From an uncultured Chloroflexia bacterium (GTDB lineage Bacteria > Chloroflexota > UBA6077 > JACCZL01): 64,000 nt of DNA. The position numbers were made by a program, and so were the translations under genes. Numbering within the stretch: position 1 is the stretch's first letter; each line of letters starts with the position of its first letter. Below the pieces are notes generated by a model. The model saw only the letters and a program-made list of their open reading frames with translations. It did no database searches and was not told where the DNA came from. Positions 10,836-21,655 of the stretch are shown in pieces. The stretch lies in NCBI GenBank assembly GCA_963765765.1, contig CAVXYC010000020.1:480001-544000 (forward strand), in the 5' to 3' direction.

Positions 10836-10996
10836 GTCTTGCTACCGGCGTCAGGGCCAGCAACGGTTCTGGTCGAGCCCTATAGTATGATAGCCGCTGC
10901 GCCTTGACGGAACGTGATGGAACACGAGGAAGACCGTCCGTGGCAATGCGAAATCGGCCCACAGATTAGGTGTGAGGCAGCTCCAGGAGGCGGTAG

Positions 10997-11956
10997 ATGA
11001 GTGCTAGGTCCAGGTTCACTTCAGTCACCGCACTGGCGTGCGCGCTCATGGGGGCAACGATTGTTGCCTCCTGCGGGATGGGCGGCGGCGCAGCCCTGGG
11101 TACCAAAGATAACCCGATAAAGATGGCGTTTGTTCCTTCCAGCGACTCACAGAAGGTGCTTTCGAGTGGCGAGCCTCTAGGTCAGCTTCTTGAGAATGAG
11201 ACCGGCTACTCGTTCAAAGTGTCCGTCCCCACCAACTATGCGGCGGTCATCGAGGCCATGGGTGCGAACAATGTCGACGTGGGTTGGCTGGCAACGTTCG
11301 CCTACGTCCTTGCGCGTGACAAGTTCGGGGCTGACGCAGTCCTTGCCACCGTTCGCCAGGGCAGTAAGACCTACACTGGCGAGATCATCGCTCACGCGGA
11401 TAGCGGCATCAATAGCCTCGAGCAGCTACGGGGCAAGAAGTTCGCCTTTGTAGACCCCAGCAGCGCATCGGGATACCTGTATCCCAACGCTCTACTCAAA
11501 CAGAAGCTCCCTGACTACGGCGACAGCTTCTTTGGCGAGCGCATCTTCGCGGGCGGCCACGACAAAGTTGTCATCGCGGTTTACAACAAGCAGGTCGACG
11601 GAGGCGCCACATTCGGTGACTCTGTGATTGGCGGACCGCCCACGGACTCACGAACGCGTGTCCAGAGCACGATCCCAGATGTGATGGAGAAGGTCAAAGT
11701 CATAGCCATCACGGACCCCATTCCGAACGACACCGTGAGCGTACGCAAGGGTCTTGCGCCAGAGATGATCACGAAGCTTCGCGAGGGACTCCTGAAAGTG
11801 GCCCAGACTGACGATGGCAAGAAGGCCTTGAAGGACCTTTATCAGATCGACGGGCTGGCCCCTTCCACCGATGCGGACTACAACCCCGTACGCGAAGCCG
11901 CGCGAGTCCTCAATCTGAACCTGGAGCAGGAGCTCGCACCCAAACCGCAGGCGTAA
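10997..11956 (+). CDS. phnD: Phosphate/phosphite/phosphonate ABC transporter substrate-binding lipoprotein
   Basis: Lipobox VASC; YAAVIEAM, KFAFVDPSSASGYLYP, GGHD, PIPND. Confidence 0.9.
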   Translation: MSARSRFTSVTALACALMGATIVASCGMGGGAALGTKDNPIKMAFVPSSDSQKVLSSGEPLGQLLENETGYSFKVSVPTNYAAVIEAMGANNVDVGWLATFAYVLARDKFGADAVLATVRQGSKTYTGEIIAHADSGINSLEQLRGKKFAFVDPSSASGYLYPNALLKQKLPDYGDSFFGERIFAGGHDKVVIAVYNKQVDGGATFGDSVIGGPPTDSRTRVQSTIPDVMEKVKVIAITDPIPNDTVSVRKGLAPEMITKLREGLLKVAQTDDGKKALKDLYQIDGLAPSTDADYNPVREAARVLNLNLEQELAPKPQA

Positions 11957-11996
11957 CTGGCGCCATAGGCGCACCAGTACAACCTGAGTCGGACAC

Positions 11997-12849
11997 ATGT
12001 CTGATGTTCACGGCGCTTCGTCAACCGAACTAGCTCCGACTTCCCAGGACCTCGTCTCGGATAACGGGTCATTGCTTCCGCAAGGAGCGCCTGCCCTGCG
12101 CGTCGAGCACCTGACCAAGGTCTATGAAAATGGCACCCGAGCAGTAAACGACCTCAGTCTCGTGATTCGCCCTGGCGAATTTGTGGTCATTGTTGGTTTG
12201 AGCGGGTCGGGCAAATCGACGCTACTGCGATGCGTCAATCGTCTCGTGGAGCCAACCGAGGGCGGATCTGGGTTGGCGATGACGAGATCACCGGCGCCTC
12301 TATTTCCGAGCTGCGACGCATGCGGATGGGGATCGGCATGATCTTTCAGCAGTTCAACCTGGTCAAACGATCCTCGGTCCTCCGCAACGTACTGGCCGGA
12401 CGACTCGCAACGACGTCCACCTGGCGAAGCATGCTCGGTTACTTTCGCGAGATCGATATCCGCGACGCGTTCTCCAATCTGGAGCGCGTTGGGATCGCTG
12501 AGAAGGCATACGAGCGGGCGGACACGCTTTCTGGCGGCCAGCAACAGCGCGTGGCCATTGCGCGGGCACTCATGCAAACGCCGCGACTGATGCTGGCTGA
12601 CGAGCCTGTAGCCAGCCTTGACCCGGCCACATCTCACTCGGTGATGCGATATCTAGAAGAGATCAATAAGGACGATGGCATCACGATTCTCTGCAATCTG
12701 CATTTCTTGAGCCTGGCACGTCGCTACGCCACGCGACTCATTGCGCTGAAGGCTGGAGAAATCGTGTTCGACGGCCCCCCGGCGAGGTAGACAACAGACG
12801 CTTCCGAGAAATCTACGGCGACGACGCGATTGAGGTGGAGATCGCCTGA
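11997..12849 (+). CDS. phnC: Phosphonate ABC transporter ATP-binding protein, frameshifted
   Basis: [54 protein letters not shown]. Confidence 0.9.
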
Positions 12850-14015
12850 TGGCCGCACACACTGATGCTTCGCGGGAGTCACTTTCGCTGCCCTCGGTTG
12901 GGTTTCGCCCTTCCGCGAGAGCGGTACTGGCGGCTGTCCTCCTGGTTCTCATCTACTCCATCGGATGGCGCGTCACGAATATTGATTTCCTTACGCTGGT
13001 AACGGGCATTCCCAAAGCAGAGCGAATTGTCTCAGGTCTCATGCAGCCTGACGTTGCTGCCGAGACTACTCAGTCCATCACCCGTGACACGCCCTTGCGC
13101 ATCGGCGAGGGCTCCGTCGTTGGGGACGCCGCTCCGCCGGACGGTGCACAGGTACAAACTTCTCCCAACCCCATCGTGCCGGGCCAGGAGCTGACTATTT
13201 CCGGCTCCGGATTTCGACCGTCTACGAATGGTCGGCTCTTCTTGGTGGACTCGCTCGATCGCCCGAGGCCGATTCAACAAATAGCAACCGACGCAAACGG
13301 TGTGTTCGCCACCAGCTTTGTGCTGCCAGAGATCCTGCGGGGCGACTACAGGGTTCGAGCCGAAGTGACCTGGGGAGTGGGCCAGTGGTATCTCACGGAT
13401 ACGTTCCTGCTGTGTCTGAGCAAGCTCATTGAGACGATCTTCCTGGCTCTGATGGGCACTACCTTCGCGTTGCTCGTCAGTATCCCAATGAGCTTTCTCG
13501 GTGCTCGGAACCTCATGAGTGGCTCGCGACTCGGATGGGCCCTCTACTACACCACGCGAACGATCTTCAACGTGCTGCGATCGATCGAGGCGCTGATCCT
13601 GGCGATCATCATGGCGGTGGTCGTAGGAATCGGTCCCTTCGCCGGCGTGATGGCGTTGGTCATCCATTCCATCGGCGCCATGGGCAAGCTCTATTCGGAA
13701 TCGATTGAGAGCATCGATCCGGGTCCTGTGGAAGCCGTAACCGCCACCGGAGCCAATCGCCTTCAGATGATTCTTTACGCAGTAGTGCCTCAGGTGGTTC
13801 CGCAATTCATCTCGTTCACGATGTATCGATGGGACATCAACGTTCGATTGTCCGCGGTGATCGGTCTCGTGGGCGGCGGTGGCATCGGCTTCCTGCTCAC
13901 CCAGTACATCCAGCTCCTCCAATGGAATCAGGCCGGCACGGCGCTATGGCTCATCGGCATTACCGTCATTGTGATGGACTACGCCAGCGCGGTTATCCGT
14001 GAGCGGGTAACGTAG
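12849..14015 (+). CDS. phnE: Phosphonate ABC transporter permease with inserted extracytoplasmic beta-rich domain
   Basis: GKLYSESIESIDPGPVEAVTATGA, YRWDINVR, IGLVGGGGIG; about 100-aa insert after TM1. Confidence 0.9.
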   Translation: MAAHTDASRESLSLPSVGFRPSARAVLAAVLLVLIYSIGWRVTNIDFLTLVTGIPKAERIVSGLMQPDVAAETTQSITRDTPLRIGEGSVVGDAAPPDGAQVQTSPNPIVPGQELTISGSGFRPSTNGRLFLVDSLDRPRPIQQIATDANGVFATSFVLPEILRGDYRVRAEVTWGVGQWYLTDTFLLCLSKLIETIFLALMGTTFALLVSIPMSFLGARNLMSGSRLGWALYYTTRTIFNVLRSIEALILAIIMAVVVGIGPFAGVMALVIHSIGAMGKLYSESIESIDPGPVEAVTATGANRLQMILYAVVPQVVPQFISFTMYRWDINVRLSAVIGLVGGGGIGFLLTQYIQLLQWNQAGTALWLIGITVIVMDYASAVIRERVT

Positions 14016-14048
14016 CCCTGCCTCCGAGACCCGCTTCACCGGAGGCTC

Positions 14049-14815
14049 TTATTTCCGCGCCACGACGATCAACCGCTCGCTTTGCGCGCTGAATTGCTCC
14101 AGTTCGTATGACCCATAGAGCGCCTCAACCGCGAAGCCGGGCACGCTCCAGAAGAAGTGTCATCTCGAAACGGGTGAAGTAACGCAGTGCGAACTGCACG
14201 GTAGTTCGGTGAAGGATGCCGTCGGGCCCTGTTACGTCATACCAGTAGGTCAGGTCGATCCATCTGCTCCGATGAATCGGATGCTCGATTTACCCACTTG
14301 GTAATTACAGACTCACCATCGTCCGACTCGGCCGTGATGTGATGGACAAGCTCGTCGCGCCCATCTCCGCGGTTGTTCCCGTTGGATACGTCGATCACCA
14401 GGACACCGTCAGTCTCCAGAGCCGAGTGAACCGCGGTCAACGCAGCCAGCTGTTCGAGCTGATGAGATAGATGACCGAACGAATCAAGAGCGATCACCGC
14501 CAGGCGTGCCCCGCGGGGCACGCTGAAATTTTGCATCGGCGCCTCAATAAGGTCCGCGTCAACGGCTTCGGACGCCAGACGGTGCCGCGCGCGCGCGAGC
14601 ATCGCGGGCGATGCATCCACCCCGATGCAGTAATGACCCTGGATGGCCAGATCGGCAAGCACACGGCCAGTGCCGCAGCCAAGCTCGAGAATCGGCCCGC
14701 CGGTGCGTTTCGCAAGCGCTCGGTAGAAGGCGAGATCCTCGTCGTATCGATCGTGCTCCCAATCGTAGAGCTCGGCGATGCGCTCGTAGATATCAGCGCC
14801 GGACGTATCGCTCAC
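14049..14815 (-). CDS. Class I SAM-dependent methyltransferase, frameshifted at the 3' end
   Basis: DLAFY...GGPILELGCGTGR...GVDASPAML; the C-terminus LRYF...GF.VEALYGSY continues in shifted frames. Confidence 0.8.
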
Positions 14816-15649
14816 GCCTGCTCAGGCCGATTGGAGGGCGACCACCACGAATAGAAGTGATGCACGGGCCCATGACCCTGTCCAACTGGATATGCGTGTG
14901 CGATGGCCTCAGTAAGATAGGCCTTTGCGTTCCGCACCGAGTCCGACAGGCCGTGACCCAGGGCCAGATTGGCAGCTATCGCGGAAGCAAGCGTACAGCC
15001 TGTGCCATGCGTCGAGGTGGTATCGATCCGCTTTGCGCTGAGCTCGAGCATGTCCGTGCCGTCATAGAACACGTCCACGGCATCACCTTCAAGATGCCCG
15101 CCCTTCACTATCACGCTTTGCGGTCCTAGATCGGACGAGTTCCCTGGCGGCCTCACGCATCTCTGAAACTGATGCGACTGATCGTCCCAAGAGCACCTCG
15201 GCTTCCGGGAGATTTGGGGTTGCCACGGTCGCCATCGGCAGCAACACTGAGCGGAGCGTTTCAACGGCGTCCGGGCGCAGCAGATGGTCGCCACTCGTTG
15301 CCACCATGACCGGATCGACAACGAGACGCGCCACCTTATGTCGACCCATTCCATCGGCAACTGTTTCGATGATCTCCGCTGATGAAAGCATGCCGGTCTT
15401 GACCGCGTCCGCTCCAATATCGCTGAGCACGGCATCGATCTGCGCGGAAATGATGTCCACAGGGATGTCCGCCACTGCCGTCACGCCCAGAGTGTTCTGG
15501 GCAGTGATCGCAGTCAAAACGGACATCCCATAGACGCCAAGCGCTGAGAACGTTTTAAGATCCGCTTGAATCCCAGCGCCTCCGCCCGAATCAGAGCCGG
15601 CAATAGTGAGAGCGATCGGGGGAATGTTGACTTGATCAGTCATTGTCAT
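14812..15649 (-). CDS. thiD: Hydroxymethylpyrimidine/phosphomethylpyrimidine kinase, frameshifted
   Basis: [58 protein letters not shown]. Confidence 0.95.
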
Positions 15650-15686
15650 TGAGCCAACCGAACTACAAAATTCACCCATTCGTGCG

Positions 15687-15715
15687 TTGATTCAGACTCA
15701 TAGCTGGGACATAAT
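15687..15715 (+). promoter_or_regulatory. Putative sigma70 promoter for the 15833 ORF
   Basis: TTGATT-17 nt-CATAAT. Confidence 0.45.
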
Positions 15716-15832
15716 GCTATCTTCCAAGTGTCCAACGCAGGATGAGCGGCAAACTAATGCCACCCCCGCAAAGTACGTGGAAGCGCCAGCGCTCATCGAA
15801 TGCACAGTGATGGTACTAAGAATGGATTCCAT

Positions 15833-16297
15833 ATGGCCGTCGCAACGCTTGCCACGAAATCCACCCGATGGTTGCGTGATTTATTTCGACGCGGGCCGCG
15901 TGTTGAGAGCCACGCCCTTCGAGATTACCAGTCAGCCGTAACTCCCCTTCTGGAACGCGCCGAATGTCTCTATCAGCAATGGCGTGAGCAGACGGAGACG
16001 GGCAGCGACTCCGAGCGTATTGCCAACATCGCCTCAACGCAAAGCTGGGAGATGGCGTCGCTCGGCTCCCGGCTGGAGGCATGCACACCTCCCGCGGGAC
16101 TGGAGAGCCTGCATGCTCGTTGTGCAAAGGCCTTCGTACTCGCTAGACGCGCCGGTCAGCTTCTGAGCACCGGCCATCGCTACCACAATGCTGACGCTCT
16201 GTGTGACGGCCACGCCACGCTAGATGACGCGCGGCGGCTCTATCTCTCCGCTCTAGCCGATCTTGCCGATCTGGCGTCCGCGCCCGCCAAGTCCTGA
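15833..16297 (+). CDS. Hypothetical helical protein
   Basis: 155-codon ORF divergent from thiD with a plausible promoter; no family recognised. Confidence 0.6.
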   Translation: MAVATLATKSTRWLRDLFRRGPRVESHALRDYQSAVTPLLERAECLYQQWREQTETGSDSERIANIASTQSWEMASLGSRLEACTPPAGLESLHARCAKAFVLARRAGQLLSTGHRYHNADALCDGHATLDDARRLYLSALADLADLASAPAKS

Positions 16298-16551
16298 CGA
16301 CGGCGTTCTCGACGCTGATCGAGAATCGCCACCAGGCCTCGGACCAGAAGCCACAGGACCAATAGTGCCCCAACTGCAATACCGAGTGTGATCAGCTGAT
16401 CGGAATCGTCTCGCATCTGCACCAGCCTGGTGATCATTAACAGCACGTAGAGACCCACACCCACTTGCAGCGCGAGACCAACCCTCTTTCGGCGCCTCCA
16501 TAACAGGAGTGCCAGGACAACCAACAGCGCGACCGTGAGCGCGAACTTCAT
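16240..16551 (-). CDS. Small membrane protein (3 TM)
   Basis: Three hydrophobic segments; start overlaps the DUF711 stop. Confidence 0.65.
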   Translation of the reverse strand: MKFALTVALLVVLALLLWRRRKRVGLALQVGVGLYVLLMITRLVQMRDDSDQLITLGIAVGALLVLWLLVRGLVAILDQRRERRRQDLAGADARSARSARAER

Positions 16552-17768
16552 TACTGAGAATCCAGCAGTGCTCGACGCAACAGCAGCGATGGGCCGCCAC
16601 CACGTGTTGACAGGACCACCGAGTTTGCAAAGTAGGGGAATGAGAAGCTGGTGCGGTCCCCGGCAGTTAGTCCCGGCACGGGCAACAGGCGAGCGGTCAA
16701 CGGTTTTTTGAGAGCGGTGGAGAGCGCCGCCACATCCAGAACGATGCCAGCAAGCTCAGCTTCGCTGGAATCACCCGGGAGAGGCACGGTGTCTAATCCG
16801 GTGCCGCACACCGCTGAATAGAGAAGCAGTTCGCTCCAGGAGTAAAGCTGCTCCCCGGCGCGACGAGCGAGCCCGCTGTCCTCGAGCAGCGGCAGCATAA
16901 GCCCCGAAAAACCGATGCCTTCACCACCGTTACGAATCGCTCGGGTCATGAGCATGGCCGTTGCCAGCGTACCGGGCTCACCGAACCGACCAAGTCCCGC
17001 CTTCTCCAACATAAAAGCAGCGCTACTGCGGTCACTCGGAAAAGGCGCCGGTGAGCGGTCCACGCCGAGATAGCGGAAATGATGCCGTTCGGCTTGTTGT
17101 CCAACGAGCCTCAGCAACGTCGTTTCTTGATCCTGAATCGCCTGTGAGACGCGGCTGAGTCCGTCTGTGAGCGAATCGTCACCGCTCACCGCCTCCGCCA
17201 CGACGTCGGCGGATTGCAGAGCAATGGAAAGCGTCCAGGATTCACCTTCGTGGTAGCCGGCTGGAAAGAACGGGATGCCGGGCGGGCAATTGGCGATGGC
17301 TGCCAGCCTTAGATTTCCGAAGCCATCCTCGCTTCCAAGGCTGATATCGCGAATCATCCGCGCGGCCGCCTGCACCGCGGGGTACCGAATGCCCTCGGCG
17401 TCGGCCACTTCAATGGAGAAGAACGAAGCGGAAGAAGCGACCAGCGCGTCGGCCGCAATCGAAGCAAATTCGGCAGCTCGTTGGTCACCCAATACCCGCC
17501 AGCGGATAGGGCCGAACGAAACATATCCCACGCCGAGGCCATTGAGCTGGTCCTCGATCTCCTGCACAGCTCGGGGAAGCGCCGCCGCGCCGTCGTCAGG
17601 CATAAGCTCGTAGTAGGGAGCCAACGCGATGCGAGTCGTCTGGACCTCATGCCCATCATCTCTAAGTACGTCGGTGACGGCCAGAAGCGTCCGCGCGGCG
17701 CGCTGCAATGTCGCGGGCGCGGGCGGCCACTCGAGATTCATGCCGAGCGTAACGGCGCGGATGATCAT
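16551..17768 (-). CDS. DUF711 family protein
   Basis: IRAVTLG, VQTTRIA, PFFPAGYH, GFSGLMLPLLED, LLYSAVCGTGLDTVPLPG, KPLTARL. Confidence 0.9.
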   Translation of the reverse strand: MIIRAVTLGMNLEWPPAPATLQRAARTLLAVTDVLRDDGHEVQTTRIALAPYYELMPDDGAAALPRAVQEIEDQLNGLGVGYVSFGPIRWRVLGDQRAAEFASIAADALVASSASFFSIEVADAEGIRYPAVQAAARMIRDISLGSEDGFGNLRLAAIANCPPGIPFFPAGYHEGESWTLSIALQSADVVAEAVSGDDSLTDGLSRVSQAIQDQETTLLRLVGQQAERHHFRYLGVDRSPAPFPSDRSSAAFMLEKAGLGRFGEPGTLATAMLMTRAIRNGGEGIGFSGLMLPLLEDSGLARRAGEQLYSWSELLLYSAVCGTGLDTVPLPGDSSEAELAGIVLDVAALSTALKKPLTARLLPVPGLTAGDRTSFSFPYFANSVVLSTRGGGPSLLLRRALLDSQ

Positions 17769-18018
17769 GGTCTGAGAGTCAGTATCGCAGAGATGCCCGT
17801 GGATCGCGGCCTTTCGGAGCGCCGACAGACGCTCAGACTGATGTGGCTCTGGTATCCGATGGCGGCCCTCGACGGGCCGGGCCGACAGGACGTCGTCAGC
17901 CCAGGAGGAGTGCCGAGACTCCATCTCCGAGACTCCATCTCAGTGTAAGTGCTCGACCCGCGGGGCCATGAAAGATCGTGCCGATGAGTCACTGCCAATA
18001 TAATCATGTGATCGCGTA

Positions 18019-19482
18019 GTGCGGCACCCCTCATGGAGACAGCAGTTGAACCAAGGGCTGGCACGAACACTCTCGAGCTTCGTCATACTGACGGGCATGA
18101 CGCTGGCCGCCTGCGGTCCTTCCGCACCAGGCTCTCCTCGCGGTGATACAGCCGCCGTCCCGAAAAGTGGTGGAAACCCCGCTGGAGCCACCGCGGCCAA
18201 TCCCACGAGTCCGCGAGGGGCCACCCGAACACTCGATGCCAACGAGATTGGACTCGTCTACGCACTACTCTTTCAGGAATATGTCGATCCAATAGACGGC
18301 GCCACGGTGATCCGCGGCGCGGGGAGGTCGGTCAGCGATCTCATGCGCCGAAGCGGCTTCCTTCCGATCGACATGTCAGTGATGGATCTGATGCCGATCC
18401 CAGCCGGTGAAGAGCCCGCACGCACCTGGTCTGGTTTCGCGAGCACGTACGAAGCGTTGGTGGACAAACACAGCGAGTGGGCACGTCAGGCACGTCCCGA
18501 TCAGGCCGCGGTACGCGGGATGCTTGCCTCACTCAATGACACCCACACGACATATATCGACCCGCAGGAGCGACGCCGCATGGCCGAGACCTCATACGTC
18601 GGCGTGGGTATTCGACTCAGCAAGCCAGAAGAGGGGCGATCTCCCATCATTGTTGAGGTCTTCCCACGCAGCCCCGCGGCCCAAGCCGGATTGAAAGCTG
18701 GCGACCGTGTCGAGTCTGCCGATGGAACCAGAACCACGGACCTCCCACTGACGGAAATTGTTCGATACATTCGCGGCGCGCCGGAATCGACAGTGAAGAT
18801 GGGAATTTCCCGTCAGGGCCAGGAGCGGTCCGTTGATGTCTCGCGGGCGGCCGTTGAACCGCGACGTGTCGAGGGTGGCCCGTTAGGCTCCGGAGTTGGC
18901 TACGTTCGAATTCGAACGTTTGCAACCGACGTGCCGAACGCGGTTTTCGATCAGCTCACGGCACTCGACCGAGCGAGAGCCAATGGCATCCGCGGGCTCA
19001 TCCTCGATCTACGGGGCAATACCGGCGGTGAGCTCCGCGCAGTTGCTAACGTGGGGGGCGCGTTCTTCCCGGGACAACCACTCGGTCTTTCAGTCGATCG
19101 CACGGGCACCCAGACGCCACTGCAGGCGGAGGGGCGGAAGCGCATCAATGACGACCCTATTGTTGTGCTAATCGATCGCGACACAGGCTCCGGATCCGAG
19201 ATCCTTGCATCTGCGCTGCGGGAGCATGGTCTGGCTACGATTGTCGGAACGAATTCGGCCGGCAGCGTTGGTATCGCCCAGGTTCACGATTTGCCCGACG
19301 GCTCTGCCGTCCAGATCACCGAGCGTCGTCTCCTGACTCCGGGCGGCGCCCGCCTGGACAAGGTGGGCATTAAGCCAGATGTCGAGGTAGCCACGTCTGT
19401 AGCGGACCTAGAGACCGGAAAAGATCCGCCCCTAGAGCGAGCGGTGCAGATCGTGAAAGAGCGCACGAAGAACCAGGTCTAA
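18019..19482 (+). CDS. S41 family C-terminal processing peptidase (lipoprotein with PDZ)
   Basis: Lipobox LAAC; GVGIRL, PAAQAGLKAGD, GYVRI, LILDLRGNTGG, SGSEILASAL, GIKPDV. Confidence 0.9.
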   Translation: MRHPSWRQQLNQGLARTLSSFVILTGMTLAACGPSAPGSPRGDTAAVPKSGGNPAGATAANPTSPRGATRTLDANEIGLVYALLFQEYVDPIDGATVIRGAGRSVSDLMRRSGFLPIDMSVMDLMPIPAGEEPARTWSGFASTYEALVDKHSEWARQARPDQAAVRGMLASLNDTHTTYIDPQERRRMAETSYVGVGIRLSKPEEGRSPIIVEVFPRSPAAQAGLKAGDRVESADGTRTTDLPLTEIVRYIRGAPESTVKMGISRQGQERSVDVSRAAVEPRRVEGGPLGSGVGYVRIRTFATDVPNAVFDQLTALDRARANGIRGLILDLRGNTGGELRAVANVGGAFFPGQPLGLSVDRTGTQTPLQAEGRKRINDDPIVVLIDRDTGSGSEILASALREHGLATIVGTNSAGSVGIAQVHDLPDGSAVQITERRLLTPGGARLDKVGIKPDVEVATSVADLETGKDPPLERAVQIVKERTKNQV

Positions 19483-19556
19483 GCTTGAGAGCCGGGTTCG
19501 TAGTACGTCACCCAAAGAGCAAGGGAGTTGAATAAGGGTGCGCTAACTGGACCCGA

Positions 19557-19593
19557 CTTCCTCGCCATTTGGGAGAGGGTTGGGGTGAGGGGA
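19557..19593 (-). repeat. REP-like palindromic element (CCCTCACCCCAACCCTCTCCC type), degenerate
   Basis: Reverse complement tcccctcaccccaaccctctcccaaatggcgaggaag between convergent genes. Confidence 0.55.
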
Positions 19594-20415
19594 CTACGAA
19601 TCCCCTTCCACAACAGGATGGACCCACATACACAGCATCTCCCGCCCGATCTTTGCCGCGGTCACCGATGTCACGTCCGCAACATCGCATTCAGGCAGGA
19701 TCTCCATGATGTCCGCCCCTACGACCTGACAATCCCGTAGCGAATAGATCGTCGACATCAGCTCGCGAAAATTCGGGCCGCCCGGCTCAGGGCAGCCGGT
19801 GCCCGGCGCGACGGAAGGATCCAGCACGTCGATGTCCACGGTCACGTACAGCGGTCGGCGATGGAGGCCAGCGAGAACCTTGGACGGAATCTCGATTGAT
19901 GATGATGAGTGACGGCAGGAGCGCGCCCGGATATGCTCATCGCGCGTGCCGGAGCGCACGCCAAGCTGGACAATGCGATCAAACCCGAGCTCTTCACCCA
20001 CGACGTTCGCCCATGTCGCGTGCGTGATCGGCTCACCATCGTAGTTCTGACGGATATCCAGGTGTGCATCAAAGTGCACCACCATGAGATCGGGGTATCT
20101 ACGAGCCGCTGCCCGAACGACTGGCAACGTGGCCGTATGCTCGCCCCCGTAGGACAGCATGAAGCCCTCGTCAAAGCACGCCGACGCGGTGCATTCGATT
20201 TGATCCAGACTGTCGAGCAACGAGAGGCCGGTGAGCTCCACGTCTCCGATGTCGTGAATCGATCGGTCCGCGAGATCGGCGTCCAGCACGGGACTGTAAT
20301 CCTCGAGCGACTCCGCGACCTCACGAATTCGCTGGGGTCCACTTGCCGTCCCAGGTCGAAACGATTCGGTGAGATCAAGCGGCAGGCCGATGACCGATGC
20401 GCTGCCGAATGCCAA
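19594..20415 (-). CDS. speB: Agmatinase / ureohydrolase
   Basis: SFRPGT, GGEHT, HFDAHLD, VDIDVLDPSVAPGTGCPEPGG. Confidence 0.92.
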   Translation of the reverse strand: MAFGSASVIGLPLDLTESFRPGTASGPQRIREVAESLEDYSPVLDADLADRSIHDIGDVELTGLSLLDSLDQIECTASACFDEGFMLSYGGEHTATLPVVRAAARRYPDLMVVHFDAHLDIRQNYDGEPITHATWANVVGEELGFDRIVQLGVRSGTRDEHIRARSCRHSSSSIEIPSKVLAGLHRRPLYVTVDIDVLDPSVAPGTGCPEPGGPNFRELMSTIYSLRDCQVVGADIMEILPECDVADVTSVTAAKIGREMLCMWVHPVVEGDS

Positions 20416-20416
20416 T

Positions 20417-21305
20417 TCAGGCGACTCCGGAAGGCTCCGTGAAGTCGATCGGGAAAAGCGGCTCTCGTCGCGTAAGCGTTGCCGGAAGCGCGAAGGAGGC
20501 GGAATGCAGCTCAGGCGTGTAGTACGTCAATCGCTCGAGACCGACCGATAGCTCGTTCAAGCGCGCTGGCTCAGGAAAGCGTACTGAGCGTGACTCAGAT
20601 GCGGCAACCATGCCCCAGAGACCTCCCGGGTAGGCGGGAATGTAGGCTAGATACGGCTCCACAATCTGGAAAACGCCTTCCAGGGTGCTTATGGTTCGCA
20701 GCCAGCCGTCCGCCATAAGGAGCGGCGAGCCGCAGTGGCTAGCCATCACGCCGCCAGCTCTGAGCGCCTGACGCACCGACTCGTAGAACGCGGTCGAGAA
20801 CAGCCCTTCGGCCGGTCCCACCGGGTCCGTGGAATCGATCAGAATAACGTCGAACTCACCGGTGTGAGTCTCGAGAAATGCAATACCGTCACCAACTATC
20901 ACTTCGGCTCTGGGATCGTCATACGCACCGCTGCTGATCTCGGGCAGAAGCTCTCGGCTCAGGCGGATGACCGCTTCATCGATCTCCACCTGCAGCACTT
21001 GCGCTACCGGATGCTCGAGGACTCGGCGCAGCGCACCACCATCACCACCGCCGATGATGAGCACATTGCGTGGATTCGGATGAGACAGCATGGGCACGTG
21101 CACGAGCATCTCGTGATACGCGGCCTCATCCACAAGCGTTGTTTGAATCGCGTCGTCCAGAATGAGCATGCGGCCGAAGGGCGCTGTGTCCATCACCTGC
21201 ACGTGCTGGTGCCGAGACTGCTCATCACAAAGCAGTGCACGGACTTCGACCTGCTGTTGATAGCCCGCGATTGGCGGCTCAGCGAACAGCGTTCGAATCA
21301 GCCAT
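20417..21305 (-). CDS. speE: Polyamine aminopropyltransferase (spermidine synthase), frameshift near the start
   Basis: FGRMLILDD, YHEMLVH, VLIIGGGDGG, VEID, FDVILIDSTDPVGP. Confidence 0.92.
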
Positions 21306-21651
21306 CAGCGTCGACGATGCCTCGGCTCATCTCCATGACCTGCACTCGCTGTGGGCTGAAGTACTCGCGAAGTACTGGAACCGCATCTGATGGGCTCCGC
21401 CCCTCGCCGCACGTGAAGATGTCTACTGCCGCGTATCCGAGCTCCGGCCACGTGTGCACCATGACGTGAGATTCAGAAACCACCGCGGCGCCAGTAATAC
21501 CTACGGGACTAAAGGGATATACACGCAGGTCCAGAAGCGTGAGGTCACACGCCTTCACAATGTCCCGCATTGCACGCTCAACCACATCGGTTGAATCAAG
21601 ATTCTGGCAATCCCAGAGCTCCAGAATCAGGTGCCGGCCGACACTTTTCAT
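21298..21651 (-). CDS. speD: S-adenosylmethionine decarboxylase proenzyme (class 1b)
   Basis: GRHLILEL, VVSESHVMVHTWPELGYAAVDIFTCG (E/S cleavage site). Confidence 0.93.
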   Translation of the reverse strand: MKSVGRHLILELWDCQNLDSTDVVERAMRDIVKACDLTLLDLRVYPFSPVGITGAAVVSESHVMVHTWPELGYAAVDIFTCGEGRSPSDAVPVLREYFSPQRVQVMEMSRGIVDADG

Positions 21652-21655
21652 GCCT

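Noticed and set aside
15650-15800. TPP riboswitch upstream of thiD
   Set aside because: No CUGAGA / ACCUGA...GCGNAGG consensus found on the minus strand.
17913-17941. 14-bp tandem duplication ccgagactccatct
   Set aside because: Only two copies with no promoter context I can tie them to; it may be slippage or an assembly artefact.
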